Source of the DNA: Alphaproteobacteria bacterium UBA2903
GTDB taxonomy: Bacteria; Pseudomonadota; Alphaproteobacteria; CAAGCB01; CAG-977
Assembly: GCA_002349565.1 (NCBI GenBank)
Contig: DEDN01000030.1
Location: forward strand, 9,184-73,183
Length of the DNA stretch: 64,000 bases
Direction: 5' to 3'
The translations under genes and the position numbers were made by a program. Below the pieces are notes generated by a model. It did no database searches. It was not told the origin of the DNA and worked only from the letters and a program-made list of their open reading frames with translations. This document shows positions 19,214-28,181 of this stretch, one piece after another (the first letter of the stretch is position 1; each line of letters begins with the position of its first letter).

Positions 19214-19236
19214 AAGACCACCCGAGGGTGGTCTTT
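19214..19236 (-). promoter_or_regulatory. Perfect 10-bp stem / 3-nt loop hairpin in the 5' leader of the DUF3800 gene
   Basis: The sequence aagaccaccc-gag-gggtggtctt lies about 19 nt upstream of the GTG and just 5' of the RBS. No U-tract follows on either strand, so it is not a canonical terminator. Confidence 0.4.
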
Positions 19237-19366
19237 AGGATTTGCAAGCCGATAAAGGACTTGCCGAAAAATTACTTTTTCAGGATAGGAAAAAAGCCCC
19301 TGTCCGTCAAGAAAAAAATCAAAAATTAACTTAAAAGCCGTATAAAGAAAACCAAAAGGAATAAAA

Positions 19367-20080
19367 ATGAAAGACACCGGACTGAAATCTTTTTACTCGT
19401 CAATGCTTGCGCCCTGCCCGTATATTGCGGGACGCGAGGAATCGAAACTGGCGGTTGACATATCGGGCGCGTTTGCATCGGATTGGAACAATTTGCTGAG
19501 CCGCGCCGGTTTTCGACGCTCGCACAGCGTTTGCTACATTCCCGCATGCCCGAATTGCAGCGAATGCATATCCGTGCGCATTCCCGTCGCGGAATTTCAG
19601 CCGTCGAAAAAAATGCGCAAAGTTCTGCGAATCAACGAAAACGCCAAAATCGCTTTTACGCCGAACATTGCCACAACGGAACAATTCGACCTGTTTGCGG
19701 CTTATTTGCTCTGCCGCCATGCCGAAAGCGATATGACGCAAATGTATTACGAAGAATACCGCGCCATGATTGAAGACGCCAATGTCGATTCCGTTTTGAT
19801 GGAAGTGCGCGAAAACGCGACCCTGCAAGCCGCGATGCTGGTTGATGTTCTGGATGACGGGTTGTCGGCGGTTTACAGCTTTTTCGACCCGAAGCAGCGC
19901 AGGCGCAGCTTAGGGACTTTTATGATTTTAAAGCTGATTGAAGAAGCGCGGAAAATCGGACTGCCGTATGTTTATCCGGGGTATTGGATAAAATCCGTGT
20001 CCAATATGGCGTACAAAGCGAAATTCCAGCCGCTGGAATACTTTGTCAACGGAATGTGGACGCGCTCACTCCCCGATTAA
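19367..20080 (+). CDS. bpt: Arginyl/leucyl-tRNA--protein transferase (Bpt / Ate1-like, N-end rule)
   Basis: It is 237 aa. The Cys cluster CYIPACPNCSEC and the C-terminal GNAT-like fold motifs (FDLFAAYLLCRH, YVYPGYWI) are typical of bacterial Bpt. Confidence 0.8.
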   Translation: MKDTGLKSFYSSMLAPCPYIAGREESKLAVDISGAFASDWNNLLSRAGFRRSHSVCYIPACPNCSECISVRIPVAEFQPSKKMRKVLRINENAKIAFTPNIATTEQFDLFAAYLLCRHAESDMTQMYYEEYRAMIEDANVDSVLMEVRENATLQAAMLVDVLDDGLSAVYSFFDPKQRRRSLGTFMILKLIEEARKIGLPYVYPGYWIKSVSNMAYKAKFQPLEYFVNGMWTRSLPD

Positions 20081-20485
20081 ATGCAGCACGATGTTGCGAA
20101 TGTGCGCTTCGGCGCGGTGTTCGCAAACATACAAAGCCTGCCACCGTCCAAACGCAGGCAATCCTTTGACAACGGGAATGCCGACGGAAACATCCGTCAA
20201 AGACGTGCGGATATGGGCGGGCATATCGTCTTTGCCCTCGTAAGTATGGCGGTACAGGCGGTTGTCCTGCGGAACGGCGCGGTCGAAAAAGTCTTTCAAG
20301 TCCAGCATCACATCGGGATCAGCGTTTTCCTGAATGGTCAAGCTGGCGGACGTGTGCGTCATAAACACGGTCAGCAATCCCGTTTGAATCCCGCTTTGCC
20401 GCACAAAATCGCATACGGCGTTCGTAATGTTGACAAAGCTTTCGGGCTTGGTTTGCACGGAAAAAACGGTTTGCTTTTGAATCAT
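20066..20485 (-). CDS. yjbQ: YjbQ/UPF0047 family protein (secondary thiamine-phosphate synthase-like)
   Basis: It is 139 aa and has the conserved motifs GLLTVFMTHTSASLTIQEN and HIRTSLTDVSVGIPV. Confidence 0.8.
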   Translation of the reverse strand: MIQKQTVFSVQTKPESFVNITNAVCDFVRQSGIQTGLLTVFMTHTSASLTIQENADPDVMLDLKDFFDRAVPQDNRLYRHTYEGKDDMPAHIRTSLTDVSVGIPVVKGLPAFGRWQALYVCEHRAEAHIRNIVLHLIGE

Positions 20486-20910
20486 TTGTACAAATTCCGT
20501 TCGTCGGTCTGTTCCGCCTGTTCGCGGTCAAGCAGCGGTTTGACGGAAGCCCCGTCCAGCGGCAGGCTTTTGACATGGCGGCATTTTGCCGTATATTCAC
20601 GCACAACTTTGTAATCGGCGGCTTCGGCAATCAGGACGGTTTCCGCCTGCGCCAGATAAGGGCGGGCATCGGGATGGATAAAGTCCAGCAAAACGGATTG
20701 TTCGGGGGTGCGGTACAGCAAAGCATGCGCCCCGCCGTCATAAAGCAGCACGGACGATTTCGGCGCGCCGTCCTTGGCATGAATGGAAATCATCACTTCG
20801 CCGTTTTTGTTCAAGTGAAGCTCGTAAAACGATTCTTGCTGCGGTTTTTTAGCCAAAACGCCACCTCGTTGTTTTTTTGGAATTATAGACGCAATTCCCC
20901 TTTTTTTCAA
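20482..20910 (-). CDS. Hypothetical protein
   Basis: The ORF runs to the yjbQ start with a 4-nt overlap. Its amino-acid composition is protein-like, and the competing plus-strand ORF is Arg/Gly-rich junk. The exact start is uncertain; an internal Met (MISIHAKDG) is possible. Confidence 0.4.
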   Translation of the reverse strand: MKKRGIASIIPKKQRGGVLAKKPQQESFYELHLNKNGEVMISIHAKDGAPKSSVLLYDGGAHALLYRTPEQSVLLDFIHPDARPYLAQAETVLIAEAADYKVVREYTAKCRHVKSLPLDGASVKPLLDREQAEQTDERNLYK

Positions 20911-20963
20911 TCGCTTTTATGATATACTGACTGCAACTTAACTTTTAAAAACAGGAGTTTATT

Positions 20964-21521
20964 ATGCATCCTTGGCATGACGTTGAGCTGATCGGAACCA
21001 AAGTTCCGCAATTCGTTCCCGCGGTTATCGAGGTTCCCAAAGGTTCAAAATACAAATACGAACTGGACAAGCCCAGCGGTTTAATCCGCGTTGACCGCGT
21101 GCTGTATTCCAGCGTTCATTATCCCGCAAACTACGGGCTGATTCCCCGTACTTACTGCGAAGATCACGACCCGCTGGACATTCTGGTTTTGGGACAGGAA
21201 CCTGTTTTCCCGCTGACAATCATGTCTGCGCGCCCCATCGGCGTGATGAAGATGATCGATCAGGGCGAAGCGGACGACAAAATCATCGCCGTCCACGCCG
21301 ACGACCCCGAATACGCGCACTATTCGTCCATTGACGAACTGCCGCCGCACCGCATGATCGAGGTTCAGCGTTTCTTTGAAGATTACAAAAAACTGGAAAA
21401 CAAAACCGTGGTGGTTGAGGGCTTTCTTGACCAAAACGAAGCGTTCAAAGTCATTTTGAAAGCGATTGAAGAATACGAACGCGTCAAAGAAACTTTGGTC
21501 GGCTATAAAAAACACGACTGA
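20964..21521 (+). CDS. ppa: Inorganic pyrophosphatase (family I)
   Basis: It has [10 protein letters not shown] and the DDKIIAV motifs, and is 185 aa. Confidence 0.9.
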   Translation: MHPWHDVELIGTKVPQFVPAVIEVPKGSKYKYELDKPSGLIRVDRVLYSSVHYPANYGLIPRTYCEDHDPLDILVLGQEPVFPLTIMSARPIGVMKMIDQGEADDKIIAVHADDPEYAHYSSIDELPPHRMIEVQRFFEDYKKLENKTVVVEGFLDQNEAFKVILKAIEEYERVKETLVGYKKHD

Positions 21522-21613
21522 CAAAAAAACACCCGCGGCGGGTCACGGCTCCGTCGCGGGCTTTGACTGTTATCTGTCGAAAATTTCAAGCAATAATGCT
21601 AAAGCTTTCAGAT

Positions 21614-21640
21614 GCAGAGGTGTCTCATTGCACCTCTTTT
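21614..21640 (+). terminator. Putative intrinsic terminator of ppa
   Basis: The hairpin is agaggtg-tctcattg-cacctct followed by TTTT. A second hairpin, gaccgcgg...ccgcggtc plus TTTTT, lies at about 21643-21676. Confidence 0.45.
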
Positions 21641-21687
21641 CAGACCGCGGCTTCACTACCCGCGGTCAACTTTTTCGGGCAACAAAA

Positions 21688-21718
21688 AAAGGCGGAGAAT
21701 TTTCCCCGCCTTTTGCTT
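21688..21718. terminator. Bidirectional intrinsic terminator (A7-GGCGG...CCGCC-T4) at the 3' end of the autotransporter gene
   Basis: The sequence aaaaaaaggcggagaattttccccgcctttt was read directly. It serves the minus-strand autotransporter, whose stop is at 21718, and any plus-strand read-through from ppa. Confidence 0.5.
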
Positions 21719-24700
21719 TAAAAGTTGATTTTCGCATTCATCACAACGGAATGGCTTTCCAGTTTTCCTTGGAACATACCGTCGTACAAAAGGGACAGGC
21801 TGGCGGATTTGCCGAAATTCATTGAAAAACCCGCCCCCGCTTCAATGCCGAACCGTTTGTCTTGGTCCGTTTCAACGATATAGCTTGTGCCGTTGGGCAG
21901 CACCGCGGTCCTGTCGCTGCCGGTGCGGACAAAATCGTATGTGGCGGCGGCTTTCAGTTCCGGCATAAACAAAACGGGGGTCTTCCCTTTCAGACGATAC
22001 CGTTTTGACAGCTTGAATCCGAGGACAGAGGTTGCGGCGGAACTGTTTTTGTCTTCCAGCTCAACCCCCAAAGCATCGGTGTAAGCCTTTTGATGCGTGT
22101 TGATGAAGCGCACGGCGAATTCGGGGGACAACAGCACGGGAGCGGCATAGCCGAACGCGATTTGCGCGCTGATCGTGTTGGTCTGGTATTCGCTTTCCAA
22201 TTTCGCGATTTTTGTTGTGTCGTTGTAGGAGGAACGACCGAAGCCCGCAAAAAAGTTCGTGTAGAACCGTTTGGGCTGATACTGGGCGTACACAAAACCC
22301 GTTTGCGTGTCAACATCGACATCGGATCTGTCCGCGTCAATGGATGTCGAAGCATAGGAATACCCCAATCCGACTTTGAAATCATCGGAAAGATAGGCTT
22401 CCATACCCGCCGCAAACCCTGCCGAATCGGATGAAAAGCCCTCTGTTCCGCGCTGTTCGGCGTGGTTGTACAGCCCTTGCGCCCAAACCGCGCCGTTTCC
22501 TGCTTCGTAATCGCCGCCGGAACGTCCGTACATCCGTCTGTATCCGGCAAAACGGGGCGCGCTCGGCATATTAAAGCGGGTGGACACGACATTGATAACG
22601 TTTTTGGCGTGGTTTTCGTCAATCAGGATTCCGAATTTCGACAAATCGGGGGCGATTTCGCGCATAACTTGGTATTTCTTTTCGGTATCGCCGTCAAACT
22701 TTGTCAGCAAATCGTCGATTTTATTCAAAGCGTCTTGCTGTTTGTCCGTCAGCTTGTCCAAATCTTTGTCGTTCAGATCCAGAATTTTCAAAGCGTCCTT
22801 GATAACGGGATGAACTTCCATGTCTTTGACCATCGAGGCAGCTGACAAGCGCAATATGTACAGATCTCCACCGTCCCAGTTCGTCAAAGCTCCGATTTTC
22901 GAAGCGTCCGCAGGGTCGAAATATTTTGCCGAAACCGCATAACGGCTTGTCAAATAGTCGCCGAATTTGAACCCCGATCCTTCGGTGATGTGATACAGCG
23001 TCGTTTTGGTGGTGGATGCCGTCCCCATTTCCAGCTTGATCGTAACGTTTTCCGCATTGGCGGTGATGATGGGCGTGGTCTTTGCGGCATCGGTCAATAT
23101 GGCGGAAATCGTCCCGCCCGTGATGTTGTCCGCTTTCAACGGGGTCGCCCCGATGTCCAGCGTTTTGCTGTCGCCGATGCCGATATCGCGGAATGAAAAG
23201 CCGTAGCCGCGGGTCACGTCGCTTAACGCGTAATCGGCATTAAAGTTCACATTCGCCGATCCCGACAGCGTGCCGTTCAGACGCGCCGATGAGGTTTGAA
23301 AATCAATCGTCGCGCCGTCGGCGGCGACATCGCCGATCATCGTTCCTTTTAACTCAAGGGTGGAAGCACCGTCCAAATGCAATTTCTCGTCTGCGGACGA
23401 AAACGTCAAAACGGCGTTGTCGGCGACATCCAAAACAGAGCCGACAAACTGAACTTTACCCGAACGGGCGGACAATTCGTTGTTGCCGTTGGCAATGATT
23501 TTTGAGTTTTCGACATATATGTTGCCCGCCTCGAAAGCCACACTTAAAGGAGTAACCATGTAGGGTTGTACATTATATACAGGGGCTTTTTCATTTGACA
23601 AACTGTCGTTGATCAGCTTTGCATTGTCGTTCAGCACAAATGTCGAATTGACAATCGTTACATCCGCCCCGTAACCATTTTTCAAAGTGTTGTTGAAGTC
23701 TTCATAATCAAACGTCATCCATTCTCTAAAACCTGCTTCATCATTGCACCTCGATTGGATTTCTTCTTTGGTGGAAGAACTGCCGAAAATCTTTTTTGTA
23801 AAATCCGTCAATGATTCGCCATCTCCGTAAACATCTTCAACAAGGAAGTCTACGGCAGTCTTGATTTCATCGGCTGTCAATTGACCGCGAAAGAGCAAAA
23901 GAGGACTGTCTTCACTCGAACTGCCGACACTCGAAACCGAAGCCGGAGGTCTGTAGGCGGTGGATGCCAAAGAAGCATATCCGATTCCCGCGGCTGAATT
24001 TCCATTTAAAGTTATTGTCGCATCCGTAAAAGCGACATCATATTTGTCGGCAGAATAAATTTGGGAAGGGGTGTACAATGTTTTGCCATCAATTTGGTAA
24101 ACCAAGATTCCGGTATTTGTAAAATCACCCAAAAAAGAATTGTTGTTCGCCGTGATTTTTTTCGGAAACAGACAGCGCAGAAATTGATGTATCCGAAACG
24201 GAAATCCCCCGTTCACCCGTAACTTTTAAATCCCAAGTCGAAATTAACGGATATTCAGGAACATTATATCCCAGCCCATTTGATTTGTATATTGTGTTGA
24301 AAGACACCTTGTCGGAATCGATGGAAATCGTTTCGGCGTCCAAATATACAAAATCATCCAGAGTGCCGCCCGTAAGGGTGATGGTGCCAGCCTTAAATGC
24401 CGCCGCCCCGAACGTTCCCCCCGAAATTGTAATGCTCCCCGAGTTTTGAGCTCTAAAAGAAACGTCCGAGAAATCGCCGTCCTCAATCGACAAAGCGGCG
24501 GACGCATCGTACCAGCCGCCTTTGTGCGTTCCGCCCTTGATTGTGATATCCGGTGCGTCAATGTCTGTATCCGAAAAATCACCGGCTTCAATCAGTAAAG
24601 AATCTTCATCGGAAAGATATTCATTTTTATGTGGTCCCTCCGAAATTGTTGTTGCCGCTTCGACGATATAAGGAAAAAACGTTAAATTCGCCAAAAAACA

Positions 24701-24769
24701 TTTGATTAAAACGGAACGGTAACGGGCAGACAATATACCCGATGCGGATTTCGATAATTTCATAAGCAT
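21718..24769 (-). pseudogene. Autotransporter (type Va secretion) adhesin/protease-like protein, about 1016 aa, interrupted by a frameshift in an A7 (T7 on the plus strand) homopolymer
   Basis: ORF 24125..24769 encodes an extended signal peptide (MLMKLSKSASGILSARYRSVLIKCFLANLTFFPYIVEAATT) and the start of a beta-helical passenger. It stops at TGA 24125. ORF 21718..24216, in a different frame, continues the passenger and ends with a canonical beta-barrel (…YDGMFQGKLESHSVVMNAKINF). Deleting one A from the minus-strand A7 at about 24156-24162 fuses the frames (…LSVSEK-ITANNNSFLGDF…). Confidence 0.7.
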
Positions 24770-24942
24770 CTCTACCCCTTGTGCAAGATATCATTAGAAA
24801 AAATTCAGTACTGTTTTGATATGAAGTTTGGGCTACTCTCCCTAAAACATACAATTCCTATTTTCAGGATACATCTCGATAATTGTATTGGCAAGGATTT
24901 TTTTATTTTTGATTATGTGCGTCAATTTTCAGAATACAAAAA

Positions 24943-24976
24943 AGAGCCGCAAATCTGCGACTCTTTTCCGTTGAGT
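24943..24976. terminator. Bidirectional intrinsic terminator downstream of rpsI
   Basis: The sequence aaaaaagagccgcaaatctgcgactctttt has a GC stem flanked by an A-run and a T-run. It lies 13 nt after the rpsI stop on the minus strand. Confidence 0.5.
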
Positions 24977-24988
24977 AATCCGAAACGA

Positions 24989-25468
24989 TTAACGTTTGGA
25001 GAACTGATAGCTGCGGCGCGCTTTGGCTTTGCCGTATTTTTTGCGTTCGACGACGCGCGGATCGCGTGTCAGGAAGCCTGCGCGTTTCAGCGCGGTGTGC
25101 AATTCCGGTTCATAGTTATCCAAGCAACGGCTGATACCGTGGCGGATAGCCCCCGCCTGACCCGACAAACCGCCGCCGGAAACGGTAACAACGGCGTCAA
25201 ACTGACCTTCGCGGTTTGTAACCGCAAACGGCTGGTTGATCAGCATGCGCAGAACGGGACGGGTAAAGTAAACGTCCAATTCCTTGCCGTTGATGGTGAT
25301 TTTGCCCGAACCGGCTTTCAGCCAAACGCGGGCGGAAGCGTCTTTGCGGCGACCCGTGGCATAAGCACGACCGAATTTGTCGCGCTGCGGTTCACGAACG
25401 GCGACCGGTTCGGCGGCAATGGCTTCGGCGGTCTGTTTCAAGTCTTCAAAAGATTTGATTTCAGCCAT
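24989..25468 (-). CDS. rpsI: 30S ribosomal protein S9 (long, alphaproteobacterial-type N-terminal extension)
   Basis: It has [15 protein letters not shown]...[17 protein letters not shown]...[18 protein letters not shown] and is 159 aa. Confidence 0.9.
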   Translation of the reverse strand: MAEIKSFEDLKQTAEAIAAEPVAVREPQRDKFGRAYATGRRKDASARVWLKAGSGKITINGKELDVYFTRPVLRMLINQPFAVTNREGQFDAVVTVSGGGLSGQAGAIRHGISRCLDNYEPELHTALKRAGFLTRDPRVVERKKYGKAKARRSYQFSKR

Positions 25469-25471
25469 GGA

Positions 25472-25933
25472 TTAGCTCCTTTTGTTTTTCGGGTTCAGCG
25501 CGGCGATGTCCAGAAATTCGGGATTCTGGGCTGCATGCGGGTGTTCTTTGCCGGCATAGACGCGCAGATTCGTCATCTGTTTGCGTCCCAGCGGATTGCG
25601 CGTGATCATGCGTTCAACCGCTTTGATGATAACGCGTTCCGGATGTTCGCCCGCAATGACTTTGCCGGCGGTCACGCCTTTGATGCCGCCGGGATGACCC
25701 GTGTGGCGATAGTACACTTTGTCTTCCAGTTTTTTACCGGTCAAAGCGACTTTTTCCGCATTGATGATGACAACGCAGTCGCCGCAATCCATGTGCGGAG
25801 TGAAAGAGGTTTTATGTTTGCCGCGCAGAATTTTCGCGACAATGCTCGCCAAACGACCCAAAACCAAGTCTTCGGCATCGATCAGATACCACTTCTTTTG
25901 GATATCGGCAGGCTTAACGGATAAGGTCTGCAT
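25472..25933 (-). CDS. rplM: 50S ribosomal protein L13
   Basis: The start is at [30 protein letters not shown] (the ORF track extends 23 codons upstream). The protein is 154 aa. Confidence 0.9.
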   Translation of the reverse strand: MQTLSVKPADIQKKWYLIDAEDLVLGRLASIVAKILRGKHKTSFTPHMDCGDCVVIINAEKVALTGKKLEDKVYYRHTGHPGGIKGVTAGKVIAGEHPERVIIKAVERMITRNPLGRKQMTNLRVYAGKEHPHAAQNPEFLDIAALNPKNKRS

Positions 25934-26179
25934 AGAGTTATTCCCTACATTGAAGTTAAAAACTGCAAGGAAGATACCCAATACCCCGCCTTGTGTCAAC
26001 AAAAATCACAACACAAAAACGATTTATTTTCAATGAGTTATAAAATAGGTATTATTTTACCAACTTTACAGGCGTTAAAAACGGTCGGTTTCGGACGAAA
26101 AACGCGCATTTTTCTTTTTACATTGATTTTTTAATCCGAATCCGCCATAGTTCGGTACATTGCGATGGTGGAAACGATT

Positions 26180-27463
26180 ATGAACGAAAACCTTTTTTCT
26201 GCGGAACGCGATTCCGCGCCCGTCAAAGACATTCCTTTCAATATCCCTTTGGTCGCCGATCTGGACGACAACGGCGGGGTTGTCGAACTGACGACTTTTT
26301 ATGAAGCGGGGCGGTTCGCGTCCGCCGAATTGAAAGCCTGGATCGAACTGTTCGGCAAAGAAAAGGCGGACAAGGATTTCTTGCAGACCGTCATCGACTT
26401 TCAGCTGCGCACGCCCCGTTCGATCTGCGCCGCAGCCGAATCGGTCCTGAACGGCGAAATGTCGCCGACCGAAGGCTTTTCCGTCATCCGTTCGGAACTG
26501 AACAACTATCTGGGATTCAAGTGCATTCACAGCGGCGGCACGATCGGAAAAATGGCGGCGGTCATGTACCGCTACGAACCGATGCTGATGGGCATCGTCG
26601 CTGGTGCTTCGGGTTCCGTTCCGCTGTCGGACGCCGAAGCGTATCCGTCGCATGCCGACGCGGAAAGCTTTACGTTCGGCTATGCGCTCACGATGCATTG
26701 CCGCACGAACATCCGCCCCGAAATGCTGGACGGAAAAGTCGGCGACACCCTGCGCAAAATCAACCACATCATCCGCCGCGTCGAACTGGCGGACAAACAG
26801 ATAAAGCCGATTGCCAACGAACAGATAGCCTTGCAGCAAAATATTGAAGAAGCTCACAGGCAGCTGAAAACTTACCGCACGGACGTCGCGGAATACATTT
26901 CCCAACTGGTGGCGGAAATCAAGCAGACTTCGGACAGCGCAATCAATGAAATGTGGAATCAGCTGAACCTGATTCAAAACGATCACGAACGCCAGCTTGC
27001 CGCCCTGCGGCAAAGCGTTTCCAGCCGAATCCGCTACGGGACGGCATTGGATTATTGGAACGCGCAGCAATCCCTGAATCAGGCGAAAGCCAACCAAATG
27101 ACGGGCTGGTATGTAATCTCCGGATTGTTTTCGATTACGTTTTTGGGATTGATCGGCATTCTGACGAAAAAATATCTGGCGGGCGTGTCGGCTTTTGTGC
27201 CGTTCATTACCCTGTTTTTGCCTTTGATGGTCGCGGGCGGACTGTTCTGGCTGCTGCTGCAAACCCGCACGCGTTATGAAAAAGCCGCCGCGCAGGCGCA
27301 GGAAAAAGTAGCCCTGCTGGAAACGCTTGCCGCTTTGGAAACAGAGGGAAAAGCCAAAGAATCCGACAGGGACGGCGTTTTGGAATCGATTTTCAAAACG
27401 ACTTTTACCGCGCCCTCCCCCGCTATGGAAGCGGCGGAACACGAAGATTCCGCCGAATCGTAA
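26180..27463 (+). CDS. Orphan protein: approximately 210-aa N-terminal globular domain, long coiled coil, two adjacent TM helices, acidic C-terminal tail
   Basis: The plus-strand ORF is 26165..27463, with the probable start at ATG 26180 (GGTGGA RBS). Heptad-like stretches are present (ANEQIALQQNIEEAHRQLKTYRTDVAEYISQLVAEIKQ...). The TM hairpin is WYVISGLFSITFLGLIGILT and FVPFITLFLPLMVAGGLFWLLL. A fully antisense 455-aa ORF (26075..27442) exists, but it is Arg/Phe/Gly-rich junk. Confidence 0.55.
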   Translation: MNENLFSAERDSAPVKDIPFNIPLVADLDDNGGVVELTTFYEAGRFASAELKAWIELFGKEKADKDFLQTVIDFQLRTPRSICAAAESVLNGEMSPTEGFSVIRSELNNYLGFKCIHSGGTIGKMAAVMYRYEPMLMGIVAGASGSVPLSDAEAYPSHADAESFTFGYALTMHCRTNIRPEMLDGKVGDTLRKINHIIRRVELADKQIKPIANEQIALQQNIEEAHRQLKTYRTDVAEYISQLVAEIKQTSDSAINEMWNQLNLIQNDHERQLAALRQSVSSRIRYGTALDYWNAQQSLNQAKANQMTGWYVISGLFSITFLGLIGILTKKYLAGVSAFVPFITLFLPLMVAGGLFWLLLQTRTRYEKAAAQAQEKVALLETLAALETEGKAKESDRDGVLESIFKTTFTAPSPAMEAAEHEDSAES

Positions 27464-27470
27464 CTTTATT

Positions 27471-28028
27471 TTATCCGCCGACGGCTTCTTTTACGGCGTC
27501 AAACAGCTTCACCGCATCAGCAGGCGGCGGGGTCATTTCGCGCAACAGCGGATCTTTCGCCCATTTGACGGTGTTTTCCGTGCCGTCGACGCTGTACGTT
27601 ACAAAACAAAAGTCGGCACCTTCGGGATAGCTGTCGAACTTTATCCCCGAAAAACCGATTTTTTCCGCATAATCGAACAAGTTTTTCGCAGCGGCGGCAT
27701 CCGTTTTCAACAATGTGTAAAAATACGGATTCATTCTGTCTATTTGCGGATAATCTTCGTAGCCGTAAAATTTACCGTCTTCCTGGAAATAAATGCCTTT
27801 CGCCCTGAAAACGATCGCCTTTTCGGCGGGCGAACAGCCCGTTGCCATTTTGGACGGCAGACGAACGGCGGCGGGAACGGTTGAATCGGCAGCGCCGTCC
27901 TGCTCCATCCCGCTTATATAATAAGACGCGTCATGCTGCGGCTTGTTGCCCATCGCCAGCGAATCCCGCGCTTGAAAAAACAGTCCTGCAACCACCAATC
28001 CGTTGATAAACAGGTCTTTTTTCGTCAT
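27471..28028 (-). CDS. Hypothetical secreted protein
   Basis: The start was chosen at MTKKDLFINGLVVAGLFFQARDSLA, which is a signal peptide. The ORF track begins 34 codons earlier in a poly-K/R region. It is convergent with the orphan gene. Confidence 0.5.
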   Translation of the reverse strand: MTKKDLFINGLVVAGLFFQARDSLAMGNKPQHDASYYISGMEQDGAADSTVPAAVRLPSKMATGCSPAEKAIVFRAKGIYFQEDGKFYGYEDYPQIDRMNPYFYTLLKTDAAAAKNLFDYAEKIGFSGIKFDSYPEGADFCFVTYSVDGTENTVKWAKDPLLREMTPPPADAVKLFDAVKEAVGG

Positions 28029-28181
28029 TGTTTTTCCTTTCTTTCGTTTTGCCGCTCTTTTTCGCAAAATTTTTTCGAAAAAATCGTTTTTTTCTGAAAA
28101 AAAGTCTGGCGAAAAGATAAAAAATGTCATATCATCCTTATAAATGATTAACCCAACGAGTTCAACGACTCTTTTGCAAAG

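Noticed and set aside
21718-24216. Taking ATG 24216 (MNGGFPF…) as the genuine N-terminus of the autotransporter
   Set aside because: The product would lack any signal peptide, whereas the overlapping upstream ORF supplies an extended autotransporter-type signal peptide and the start of the passenger. A frameshift within the T7/A7 tract explains both ORFs as one gene.
26075-27442. A 455-aa minus-strand ORF as an alternative to the plus-strand orphan gene
   Set aside because: The plus-strand product has coherent coiled-coil heptads, two clean TM helices and an RBS. The minus-strand product is Arg/Phe/Gly-rich with runs such as RRFHSGGGRGKSRFENRF. I kept the plus strand, but strand-specific expression data would settle it.
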